A stretch of 49,279 bases of DNA, filler included, from Sphacelaria rigidula (taxonomy: Eukaryota): the NCBI GenBank assembly GCA_964200075.2. It is 3 parts of 3 records of this genome, joined end to end, with 100 filler letters (N's around TTAATTAATTAA, not from the genome) between each part and the next. Parts side by side here need not be neighbours in the genome. Positions count along the whole stretch, not along the records: positions 1 to 16,362 come from CAXNAA020001384.1; 2 more parts are not named here. One strand, given 5' to 3'. The translations under genes were made by a program, and so were the position numbers. This document shows positions 1 to 11,014 of this stretch, in pieces. Each line of letters begins with the position of its first letter. Positions within the stretch are counted from its first letter, which is position 1. The notes beneath the pieces are model-generated. The model saw nothing but the letters and a program-made list of their open reading frames with translations. It had not been told where the DNA came from and searched no databases.

Positions 1-386
1 TGGGCCCCGGCTGTTTTCCAATTGTTTTGTGCGTTTCCCCCCCCCCCCCTCCCCCCACTCCCTTGCAATGGTCGTATGACTATGGTATGCATGATCATGA
101 GTACACCCCCCCACTCCCTTGCCCTCTCTCTTGCTTCGTCTCAAAAGGGATGCGTGGTCAATGGTCAAACGACGGAGGCAAGCAACGCCTGTAAGCCGTA
201 GGAAGAGGTCATGATCCATAATTTATTTTCAAATGGTTATTTTCGTTACTTACATTTGATTATTGTTTTGGTTGATTGATCGATTAATTCTCACTCACTG
301 TGATCACTTTTTTTTTTTAATTTTTTGGTCGCTGTGTTTAACCCGGCGCGTACGTGACGTTGTGTGCGCCTGCACCGCAAAAAAAG

Positions 387-490
387 GCCAACCTGTACTC
401 CGACGCAAGCCAGAGGGGACTGCTGCCTGAAGACGAGATTCCCGTGTGTCACTGCAGTGGTCAAACAGGCTGCGACGAGGACTGCATCAA
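387..490 (+). CDS. Exon of AWS (pre-SET) domain protein, likely ASH1/NSD/SETD2-type histone lysine methyltransferase (partial gene)
   Basis: aaaaag|GCC...ATCAA|gtgaga, 104 nt. Translates ANLYSDASQRGLLPEDEIPVCHCSGQTGCDEDCI(N) and splices in frame to 1445-1553. Confidence 0.8.
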
Positions 491-1289
491 GTGAGACGTC
501 GGATAGCTGTGTGTCTTTGTAGCACTGTAGTCTAATGTATTTAATTTGTGCATGTGTTTATTGTGTACAGGTATCGCCGTCTCAAGTGCTCGTTGCTGCC
601 CAGTGCCTCTGAAGGTGAAGGTGCTGCCTGCAATGCGTCGTTTGATATCAAGACCTGGTGCGCTCTCCCTGTACCGGTACTCCTTGGTTGTTATGTGATC
701 TTACCTTATTGATTGATTGATTGTCGCACCTTAGGTGATCCCCCAGAAGTCATGACTCAGCCGTGGTCACATGGTGGGCATACCCGAAGATGAACCACAA
801 CGGAAACACTCGCTAGAGAAAAATGAAGATATCCGCACGCTGGTTATGACAAGACAAACAGGGTAGACTAGGAAAGAAAAGAAGAGAATAAAACGGAATG
901 AAGAAAAAAGAAGAGAAAAAGGAGAAGGAAACAGAGACGGACGGACGTGAGTAGCAGAAAAAAAAAGAGTTTGCTCGACGGAGTTTGTCGGGCGAGAGCT
1001 GACGCGGTGCAGAAGTGTTTGGTCATGATCCAATCCGCCGGACCAAAATGCTAGGCGTGTACCGGGGAGAGATGGGTTGATCTAATGCCCTGAGACCGCA
1101 GACTCGTCCAGAGGGGGGGGGAAGGGTTGAAGGTGTAGGTTAAACAAATTAGCATTGCCGATAGTGTCGTGCACGAAGCGTCGGCTAAACGGAGCAAACC
1201 ACTTTGCATGCACAAAGGTGTTTTTTTTTTATATCGAACGTCTGTGACCACGGGTTTGAGATGTCGAGCTAATGTGCAGAAATAATACA

Positions 1290-1405
1290 ATTATAATTGT
1301 TGTTATAGTAATAGTAAATGATGAATAATAATGATGATGATAATGATGATGACGAACAACAACAATACTACCACCACACTACTACTACTTATTATAATGA
1401 TGCTG
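1290..1405. repeat. Compound trinucleotide microsatellite (ATG/AAT/ACA/ACT)
   Basis: Runs such as atgatgataatgatgatgacgaacaacaacaatactaccaccacactactactact. Confidence 0.8.
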
Positions 1406-1444
1406 ATAACGGTGTCCATGCGCTGTATTTTTGTCATGCTACAG

Positions 1445-1553
1445 TCGGCAACTGCAGATGGAGTGTGCGCCTGGCCGCTGTCCCTCGTTACGAGATGGAT
1501 CAACGCACTGCAGCAACAGCGCCATACAGACGAGATGTTTCCCTGCAACAGAG
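1445..1553 (+). CDS. Second AWS-domain exon of the same putative SET-domain gene
   Basis: ctacag|T CGG...GAG|gtacgt, 109 nt. The joined product CHC...CDEDCINRQLQMECAPGRCPSLRDGSTHCSNSAIQTRCFPATE has the AWS C-x3-C-x-NR...EC...C...C-x-N pattern. SET-domain exons were not seen in this contig. Confidence 0.8.
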
Positions 1554-1904
1554 GTACGTGAGATTACGGTATTAGCTTACCCTTAGCCTGTCTGTAACCA
1601 CGGAAGGCGTCCGCATGATCAGATGACCAGTACGGATGGTGGAAGGTACTGCGCGTGGATCAGAACGGCATCTAATGTGAAGAAAACGAGAACAAGAGCA
1701 ACAACAACACCAATAAACTCGTTTTGGTAGTCACGTACGTCCTTACATTTTTTTACGTCATGATTCAAATACTTTGTGGGAATCACCACATAGAATGGAC
1801 AAATTCCCACAAGTATCTGTCAAAGGAATCACCTTTTCATATTGGCAACAACAGTGAGATAGCTCGTACGCTTCACGAACAGAAGATCCCGGGTTCAAAA
1901 TCCC

Positions 1905-2083
1905 CAGGGGTCTACACGTTACACGTTACGTTCATCACGAAAAAAAAAATCTAACGTTCACGTTACATTACGTATGTCACGTGAAATAAATTCTAACGTT
2001 ACGTTACCGTTTCATTTGGAAATATAAATTAACGGTCATGTTACCTTTCGGCCAAAACGTAACGTGTAACGTGTAGACCCCTG
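1905..2083. mobile_element. hAT-type MITE
   Basis: ~28-bp TIR CAGGGGTCTACACGTTACACGTTACGTT and perfect 8-bp TSD AAAATCCC (1897-1904, 2084-2091). Confidence 0.85.
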
Positions 2084-2112
2084 AAAATCCCGAATCCCAC
2101 CAAAATGATGGG

Positions 2113-2302
2113 TGTAATGCGTGGGAGGACCGCGGGCTTGAGGGACCGCATCGTAGTTCGAAACACCTCAGGATCGACGCTTCTTCAAACCCAATCGGGC
2201 CAGTCCCTGCAGGGACCACGCCCCTGAACCTAACCCCAACACTAACACTAACCCTAACCATAGGGATGTTTAAATTTCGAGGCGGTCCTCTCACGCATCA
2301 CA
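2113..2302 (+). mobile_element. ~200-bp TIR element (TGTAATGCG...CGCATTACA family) with internal CCCTAA-like repeats, copy 1
   Basis: Matches the copies at 8856-9065, 13681-13891 and 17487-17691. Flanks are ATGGG/GTGGG. Confidence 0.75.
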
Positions 2303-2423
2303 GTGGGGGCCAAAACAAAATGGTGGGTACCCTCTGAAGCACACTTCAAAACTCACGGAAAACCTCCTGCGGCGATCGTTGGTTGGGTGGTGACCCAACA
2401 CACGTGGAAGATTTGTTGATTAA

Positions 2424-3861
2424 CCCTTTTGGAACCCTCCCCTACTGTCCCCTGGCCAAACGCCTTATTATGAGGAGCCTTGACGAAGAGGAAAACATGG
2501 AAACAGAATAGGCCGACGGCAACCATTTTTATAATGGAAGCCCGGAGAAGAATGTTCTCCCTGGAGAATTTGGGTAAGGTTTGTCCAATCATACCACGCA
2601 ACGGACGAAGTGTGTCCAATTATATCCATCGACAATGATCAGCAAAACCACTATGAAGCATTCCATTAAAAAAATAGCAATGGGCTCCAGCGTCCAACCT
2701 GGCACGTTTGTATATTAGCATTTGTACATAAGGGAAGCACCGCTTTGACGGGCTGCAGTATCGGGTGGCGAGTTTGCCAAGCCACACCGTACATACAGCA
2801 CGGTATGGCTGAACCCAGCGAAATCCCATCAACACATGTGGGGGGCACAGTAATCGCAGGCGTCCGAGCAGGCGATATACATGTACACGGGAGGGAGCCG
2901 ACGGACACCGCCTACCGTAATCACGCCAAATGAAAAACACTACAGTCAGTAAATACAGCAGGTTACAGTATTGACTTGCGGCTACACTCCGTGCAAGATA
3001 AATATGGGCATGTCGTCGTGAAAAGTCGGCCACGAGCGTAGACGGCACGAGAGGATAGCGGTAGCCGGCGTCATGAATCTCATGCAGCATGAAGTATGTC
3101 TATGCAACGGTCGGGAACGATCAACCCGCGGTATAGATATGGTGGGGTAACCGTGCCTTTCGCTACGCCGTTGTGTAATAGTCAGCCCGAAGTATGATGC
3201 TGTCGGCACGTGCTTGGCAGAGCGCAGTTCTGTGCATGCCCCGCGTTTTGCAGAGATGTTTTCAAAATACAATACAGACATGACACAAAGCAGTAAGGTA
3301 TCACCCCTGGGGCGACGGCACTTGGCACACTCTACACCACAGTGACGGTGCATAACTGCAGGGCACATGGCGTCTGCGTCGCCTTTACCCATTTTTCAAA
3401 GGGCGGGATGATGCTGTCGGAACGTGCATGAGCGCGATGTTGTGCATGACGTGTCTGCAGTCGAGATTACCCCAAACTGCTGTAAACACACCCAGTACTG
3501 TACAGGGCAGTGTCGCAGCACCCCCGGCGGCACGGAAAGGTGACTGCCTGGGATTGCATACCACCAGTTCATACATTTAGCGAATGTGCCATCGGCGTTG
3601 CCTTTGTTTCTATGACACTGCAAAGCGTATAAACTGCCGTGCACTGTGGCCGAGCAAGGACCTCATGACTGTAGAAAGAAAAGCCGACGGATCGCAGCAA
3701 GAAAATAGGAAACCTTCTCTTGTTCCACTTGTCACTCGTACAGGTCTGAAAAATACGCGTTTGGCCAAAATTGTTGCGTCTAAGCTGTTAACTATCAACC
3801 ATATCTTGCTCAAAAACCGTCAATTGCAAATGATCAAATTTCCATTGTGAGTTCCAAAGGG
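2424..3861. mobile_element. piggyBac-like non-autonomous element
   Basis: TTAA|CCCTTTTGGAAC ... GTTCCAAAGGG|TTAA: TTAA on both sides and CCC-starting TIRs. No transposase recognised inside. Confidence 0.65.
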
Positions 3862-3865
3862 TTAA

Positions 3866-4924
3866 AACAGCGTATGTCGTCGTTATGATAGTACGCCGCA
3901 CCACGTGATGTTTGGTCGTGCCCCTCGGACGTCTTTCCCGGTGCTGGCGTCTTCGTCAGCGGGGGAATGGAAGTGTGATGTTTTAAACGGTGTTCAAATT
4001 GAGAGTGCATCTCAAGGAGTCTTGGACTTGCAAGAACGTTTCCACGTTCAAGTGCAGGAACGTGTTGCCGCTGAACCTGCGCGTAGACGTGAGGGGTCCA
4101 GATCGGGGCTGGAATTGCCGATATTTGGGGTAGGCGACTATGTCTTGCATGCACGCGTGCGTCGTCCGGGTGTTACGCCCAAGTTGACGGTGACGTGGAC
4201 TGATCCATGGAGAGTGGTTGGTGCTCACCGTCCGCACGTGTTTGAGATTCAGAATATTGTTCCGGGTCGTGTTCAGACCGCCCATGTAGCTTGTTTGCGC
4301 TTTTATGCAGACTCGTAGCTTAATGTTACGGCTGACGTTAAGGACGTGTTCCAGCCTGCTTCCAGTCAAGGGCAATTTCAGGTAGCTGATATTGTCCGAG
4401 TGGCAGAAGCAGATGATCGTTCGTTGATTATGTTGGTCGACTGGGTCGGTTTCGAAATCGAGGAGCGCACGTGGGAGCCCTTCAAGGATATTCTTGAGGC
4501 CGCTCCGGAATTTCTTACGAAGGGGTTGCGTAAATTGCGCGTGACTCGTGCCGTTGCTGCTCACACTACGAATGAGTTCGGTATTCAGTTGTGACTTACT
4601 CGTCATTTTTGCGGTCGATATGTGTCGAGCTTGTTGATCGCTTTTCGTCCAACGCGCTTTGGGGGTGCAGTGACAAAAATACGCCGTTACGTTGCGTTGG
4701 TAGTGATGAGATGGATAATGACTAGGGGCGTGGAGAGTCTGGAGGGTTCTGGACAATGGCCGGGGACATGGAGATGATATCTGCAGGTCTAGAAAGCTGG
4801 TGCCCTTCCAGGGCACTCCTGAATAATGGATGTTGTCAAGGTTGACAACTGGAACTGAGGCCAGTAAGACTGGGGAGTCCCTCAACAGCAGTGATCCAAC
4901 ATGCTTCCACTGGCTGGCGTCACA
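3866..4924 (+). mobile_element. 3' part of Ty3/Gypsy chromovirus-like LTR retrotransposon (integrase C-terminus, chromodomain, PPT, 3' LTR)
   Basis: ORFs 3905-4318 and 4346-4594 are in the same frame, broken by TAG. Motifs TP..VMFGR, KL..TW..PWRVV and chromodomain LVDWVGFEIEERTWEP. Purine tract ttggggg at ~4659 and LTR-like ~4669-4924 ending GTCACA. Confidence 0.8.
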
Positions 4925-5499
4925 AGGGTTATGCGGTAGGGCGCAGCGGGACAAGAGGAGACCCGGGAGCATTCGTGGTGATTCGTCATGACCGGCCAAA
5001 GTCTTTTTTCGCATGCGCAATACTTGCTTTTTTTTGCAGGAAACGTCCATGACCGAAGGGCGCGTATTTCTGGTAAAAGTCTCAGAACTCTCTCATGTGA
5101 TTGGATAAGATTCACTTTCTAGCTCCAGACTCCGATCACTGACACTATATCCGCTTCCTCGACAACCCCAGCCGCTTCAAGATAATGTTAGAAAAAGCTT
5201 ACTACACTGCGCAATACCAACAACTCATTGGAAAGAACATGAGCCCTGACGCATTTCGTCTCTTTCCCTCCGCAAGGCGTTGCTCGGCTGCCCCCACCTC
5301 GCATGGTACCCCCCTTCCTCCCCTGTGTCTATGAGTACAGTTGTATATGCCGACTCCAACCCAAGTAGAATTGGCCGTTCTGGTTCGGTGGAGGCCGGGT
5401 TGATATGGTTCTGGAATTAACACTGTTTCCGTGATATATAGGGTAGAACGGTGATTGCGCGTGGGTTTTATCATTCACGTGACCAATAATTATGTGAGT

Positions 5500-5690
5500 G
5501 TACTCTTTACCTGCAACACCGGCGTATGCTTCCAGCTAGACGTGTCGATATCCTACTCAAGGATATGAAGGGCTTCGGTGGGAAGCGATTACAGAACGGG
5601 AGTCAGGTCTCGTGGAGTCATTCATGAACTGACTTCTTGTGACTCTCAATCGTATCCTCTACTCTCACTCCTACGGAAGTATTGTTCACT
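5500..5690 (+). repeat. Copy of the MITE family also found at 23531-23828 and ~42840-43040
   Basis: Shares gtcgatatcctac and ctctcaatcgtatcctctactctc with 23531-23828. Confidence 0.55.
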
Positions 5691-7439
5691 GTATTGCATT
5701 TGTTCGGACGACTGCTGTAGGCATTTATTTGTACCCTGATGAAGGGGTCCTACTGCATTGCTACGATCATCCTTCCACCCTAACAGCTGGTTTAACCTAC
5801 CGTCATAGCCCGCCGTGCGGTATTTTGTAAAGACCCCTGACGGAGGCTTCACATTCAATAGCCCACCCAATGTCGGTGCACTGGTGAATTGCTTTGAGTA
5901 TTCTGTGCATGTGTTTATCGAGGGGAGTTATGAACCGCAAACATTCCGCATTTCCCCACCCCCGCCCTCGTTTGATTCGAGATACCTTGATGACAGCGGC
6001 CGTGTTGTGGTTCTCCTTCGTCGTTGTCGTGATCCCTCTTGTGTGGAAGTACCCACTATAGATGCCCTTTGCTAGCTGTGGTTACCTACCTCGGCTACCA
6101 TTTTCTGTTTTTCGTCGTCGTTGGTTTCTTCTCTTTTGTTCCTTCACACGCGGCCATTTGGCTGCCCCTCGAAATGCCTTCGGAGGGATGCACTACCCTT
6201 AGAGGCAAAATAGTTTTGACCGCTCTGAAGAACCTTTGCGCGTAGCCATATGGCCGCGTGTGTGTGTCTCTCCGACATACACACAGCCGACAATCTAGAG
6301 TCGGTTTCAGTGGCCTGATGGACCCGAGAAAGCCCGTCTACTTCCAACCCAACGGTTGCGAAAACATATTACTGATACCCCAAGGGCTTCAAGTGATAGC
6401 TACCTAACGTTACCGGCCATGTGCTCGACATTTGTGCAAACGGAATATCAACTACCAAGGGCTCCCGCAGCGGGTTGGAGTGTGTCGTGGCATCCATATA
6501 TACTTTTTTATCTTCCCTTGTTTTTTTTCATTCGCTTTGTGCTTGCCTTTTATTCCTGCGTCTCTCCGACAATCACGCACGAATGAAGTGCTGGAAACCG
6601 CGACAAACCGATCTCTTCTTTCGACCCAATCTTTGCGAAAACGGATCACCGATACCCCAAGAGCTTTCTACGCAAACGTCACTATACGTCATCGGCCGTG
6701 TGCTCGACATTTGTGCGAACGGATGACCGAATCCTAAGAGCTTCCTCGGCATATTGTCACATGTTTTGGGTTCCACAATCCTCGATGATGGATGCCCCCT
6801 GGTTTCCCCAGTTCGCGTGGTCCTGGAGCATCAATCGGTCACTGTTGTCTGCTCCTCGAGCATTCCTTCGGGCTTTCTCGTCGGCCTATACACCTGTACG
6901 AGCTTTTCGTGTACGACTTCAATGTTGAAGCGGTGTCTTTTGATTGTTATGCCTTAACGGGCTCCTTGAAACTGAATCACGTGAAATCCTATCGCAAGTG
7001 TCGCGCTTCCCCTTTGATGTTTGATCGACCCTTGGTACGCCAGTCTCAACTTTCTGAGGATAAATCGTCAGTTATATGTGGGTTTCGAAATCGGTTAACC
7101 GCGCGACCGTCCGGGCCATGCGCTGATCCTGCACGCGAACCATGATTTGTGTATGCTCGTTTGCCGGTCTACCCTTACTCCGAGTGGCACGTGAGTCCTG
7201 CTGGTGAGCCGTAACTAGGAAAATATTGGCTACTGGTGGGTAGCTCTACAATACATTTGTTCTTCATTTTTGTGATCGCCTTGATCTGATTGGTTCACTT
7301 TCGTGTTGACAGGAACTTCATTTAAGTGAACTGCTAGACGATTTTTATCTGCAGTGAAGTAGTCCATCTTAAGCCTCTGTTTGTGAAAAGACCAAGACAA
7401 AGAAGTGTCCAATGTGGCTTCCCTATACTGCAACAAACT

Positions 7440-7620
7440 CAACATAACATCTCCGTATTTTCTACTGAATCTAATCATCAAAGATCCAGAATCCTTCAGA
7501 CGGTTCCCTTTCTATCTATCGTCGAAACACGTACCCCACCGCGTTCAAAATTGGCAATTCGATACGTATCGGTGCTTCAAATGGAAGAATAACTTTGCAA
7601 AAGTATGGAAGGCTGTCCTC
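7440..7620 (-). pseudogene. Possible degenerate hAT transposase dimerisation-domain remnant
   Basis: Frameshifted minus-strand translation F..FAKLF...LPILNAV..RV.ST...GNRL...SLMIR resembles the hAT C-terminal LPxSNAxxERxFS...RNRL motif. Confidence 0.3.
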
Positions 7621-7947
7621 TCTTGACCTGCTTCCGGGAGTCCGGGTGTGAAGACCCCCGGAATCCGGTGAGTATGACATCAAATTAACAAAAACAAAAA
7701 TTAGCGTCGTGTGTTATCTATTTTTGTTTTATAGAAAGGTTCGCCGCGTAACTCGGAAACCTGATGCTGTGCAGTCGCTTAAAGCTGCACGTACGCGGAA
7801 GGTCGTTTTGATTCTCCTATAAAGGGGATGTGGGCGTGTAAGTTCGTCGTACCAATCATGATTACTTCATCTCACAAAAGGCACAATTGGTCACGTCGAT
7901 TCTTGGTGTTGGACTCTGAAATTTCGCGGGGAACTACGAGACTTTAC

Positions 7948-8393
7948 ACAGCCGATCATCGAAATTGACGATCGAACTTTTCATTGAGGCTCAGACCCCG
8001 GAGGATTAAAATCTTCGTATCCACACCAAATCTTCGGAATACGGTTTCATTTCTTCACCTACTGATAGCTCTTGACAACTACTACACGTCATACAAATTT
8101 GGGTTTCGATAACCTAAATGTTGGGGTTCTAGGTTAAAAAACAAGTTCGTGGAATTTCGGTGATCCGATCGGATCACATACCTATACTTCCCGAAACTGT
8201 TTCTTCATGTAGGACCCCAACTTTTCGGTAAACAAAATTCAAATTGATAGGGCGTGTAGCAGTTGTCAATTGCTACAAGTAGGCGAGAGAATGGAACCAT
8301 ATTTCGAAGATCTGGTGTGGATACGAAGATTTTCATGCTCCGGTTTCTCATCCTCAATGAAAAGCTCTACCCTCCATTTCGATGATCGGCTGT
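7948..8393. repeat. Foldback element with ~200-bp imperfect inverted arms
   Basis: acagccgatcatcgaaat...aatcttcgtatccacacca...ttgacaact is mirrored by agttgtcaa...tggtgtggatacgaagatt...atttcgatgatcggctgt. Confidence 0.75.
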
Positions 8394-8398
8394 TTTTT

Positions 8399-8564
8399 TA
8401 CCCTTTTAGGGCCGGACTCCCAGAAACATGGGGTTCGCACGCAGGGGCCTTTCCGTGAACCGACATCATTTCCCCTTGAAAACGAATGAAAATGGTGCCG
8501 ATTCACAAAAAGACCATTGCGGCCAAACCATTTATTTCTGGGAATCCGGTCCCAAAAGGGTCAA
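8399..8564. mobile_element. Short piggyBac-like MITE; a second copy starts at 8700 and is interrupted by 8856-9065
   Basis: TIRs CCCTTT...GGACTCCCAGAAA / TTTCTGGGAATCCGGTCCCAAAAGGG. The copy at 8700 begins TTAA|CCCTTTGAGGACCGGACTCCCAGAAA. Confidence 0.6.
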
Positions 8565-8855
8565 GAACGCTGTTTCTCGATACTTGTTACCGGGTATCAT
8601 CGGGGGCAAGAAATGCCGCGGTTGGGTTTCATACCCTGAGTGTCTTTGTCGTACTGTAGGAGCCTCTCGATGACAAATATTTGGGCTTACTGTGCAGCCT
8701 TAACCCTTTGAGGACCGGACTCCCAGAAATGTGATGATTGCACACAGGGGCCGTTTTGTGCATCGGCATCATTTTCAGCAAGTTCCACATAAAAACGATG
8801 TCGGTTCATGAAAATGACCCCTGAGTGCGAACACCAGCATGTTTCTGGGAGTCCG

Positions 8856-9065
8856 TGTAATGCGTGAGAGGACCGCGTGCTTAGAGGACCGCATCGGCGT
8901 TTGAATATCCCTAGAGTTAGGGTTGGTGTTAGTGTTAGTGTTGGGGTTAGGATCAGGAATGTGGTCCCTGCGAGGACTGGCGCGATTGGTATTAAAAACG
9001 TCGATCCTGAGGTGTTTCGAGCTACGGCGCGGTCCTCTGAACACGCGGTCCTCTAACGCACTACA
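8856..9065 (-). mobile_element. TGTAATGCG TIR element with TTAGGG-like core, copy 2, nested in a piggyBac-like MITE
   Basis: Reverse orientation. It interrupts the host TIR gggagtccg|...|atccggtccc with flanks GTCCG/ATCCG. Confidence 0.8.
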
Positions 9066-9537
9066 ATCCGGTCCCAGAATACTTGAGACAAGTTTCGGCT
9101 TAACCCTTTAACCGCGATGCGGGTAGTCGTTCTGGATCACGCATACTTTTCCCAGTGAAATTGATGCCGATCCAGCAGGTGACCTACCCTCGCGGTCAAT
9201 GGGTTTGACAGGTCACCCCTACTACCGTGGCATCATTGCGCTCGCAGAAACGCGTATGGGGAGAATGTGACTCTCCAGGACAGGACCTGAGACCTACGGT
9301 AATTGGCAAAAAATAAACATAGCGCACTTAGAATGTCCCGTCATGTTCCGCAGTATTCGTGTGCAATTTCATGTTGTCCATCTCGAAGAGTTTGCGTGAG
9401 AGGTTTCGGATGAATAGATTCTGGCACAAACGCATGAATCCAGCCTGCGTAGGCGGGTTCTAGTCGAGGGGGATGTCCCCCTTTCTGAAAATCCCCTCCT
9501 AAAAGAGGATTGCCCCCACAACGATTTATTTTGGGTC

Positions 9538-9795
9538 TGTAGTCAAATGATACCAAGCCGTAGGTTTTAGTATAATCGCATGCATAATTGGAGCAGTCGC
9601 AGGGGACAGGGGATCCTGGATTAGTGGCCCTGATCTGTGTGGTCCCTTGCTGGTTAGCTCTTGATGTGGTCTGTTGAGGATCACTCCGTGATAATAACAG
9701 ATGAGAATAAAGTACTTGTCGAGCACGAGGTCAGTGCTACTGGAGGAGTCCCACGTGGATAGCCCTGTTGTCCAGATCATCTGGCAGAGGCTATA
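9538..9795 (+). repeat. 5' LTR
   Basis: TGTAGTCAAATGATACCAAGCCGTAGG...TCTGGCAGAGGCTATA, a direct repeat of 14485-14723. Confidence 0.88.
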
Positions 9796-9992
9796 ATATC
9801 CGGATATTCTTCCTGCACTCTGTTAGAGGAGTTTTGACTGAGGAGGAAAATGGGCAGCAGCTGAGAGCCAGTTTAGCCCGCAGACAGGAGGAGACCAGCT
9901 TGAAGCGCACAGCAAGGGGGGGCGCTCCGTGAGCTGGAGGACGCACAAGTCAGGCAAGAGTATCTCCGTGAAGTGTTTGAAGCATACACGAC

Positions 9993-10968
9993 ATGGCTCA
10001 AGCGGCGGCAGCGCCGCTGGTGTTAGGTGAGCCACTACAGCCACCAAAGTATGGCCAAGTATGGGCAGAAGAGGCATCACGAGTTTTTTCCGCAGGATAT
10101 CTTGAACACATACAGCGTTGGAGTCTCGCGTATTCACAAGAAAATATACGGCATGAGAGAGTAAGTATAGGGCAACTCATTCCTGTCAACATTCACCGCT
10201 GCTTCGAAGACATGTACAAGGACGGTCGGGCTATGACCCCCAATGAATTGCTTGATGCTGTGGAGCAGCATGCCGGGTATAATACAACCTGTGGGAAGCA
10301 TGACGCTGCGCGGGCTGCAGCTGACCTGCGTAGGGTACTTAGGGTGAAGCAAAATGGGGGAAATCTATCAGGGATTGTGCTATGATGGCAGTTCAGATTT
10401 GGAACGGTGTTTTGCAGAGAACCTGATGGTGCGAGCCATGTACCGCGCGGAGGACAAGAGTTGATCGCCAGGCCCGACCGAGTCGGTTTCCATGGCTTTG
10501 GTGGACGGGATTTCGCCCCCGGAATTCACGGCGTATGTTAGAAGTGTACTTACGTATGTTGACGGCTGGAAAAAGAACCCGACGGTGGTGGTAAAAAACC
10601 TATTTGAGGCGGCCGACCAGTGGAAGTTCATTAAAGCACATGGCTGGCGCGACTACGCAATTAGTGCAGGTGGTATGTGCCGCAAACACCAACATCAACA
10701 GAAACAGCAGCCGTCTTCGCGAGAGTCATCCACTCGCGCGTGTTACAACTGCGGCGACACCGGACATATGATCAAAGACTGCCCCAAGCCTCGCGCTCAA
10801 GGCGCGGCACAGGGCAATGCACGACATTTATCAGGATCTCGGGGCGGTCGTCACGGTGGACGGGGCCGTGCCAATCAGGGACGCGGGTGCGGCGGCCGCG
10901 GTAGCAAGCAATGGGTTGGCGGATGGTGGCTCCTCCACTGCTGTTTCTCCCACTACGTCGTGAGGTGA
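9993..10968 (+). pseudogene. Gypsy gag, disrupted, with CCHC zinc knuckle
   Basis: ORFs 9993-10385 and 10492-10968. CX2CX4HX4C is followed by an RG-rich stretch. Confidence 0.8.
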
Positions 10969-11014
10969 TGACTCTGGATCTTATGGTTCGTCCGTAGCGG
11001 GGAGGACAGTCTAC

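Noticed and set aside
3983-5050. 355-aa minus-strand ORF
   Set aside because: Antisense shadow of the Gypsy integrase/chromodomain and LTR, with no recognisable motifs.
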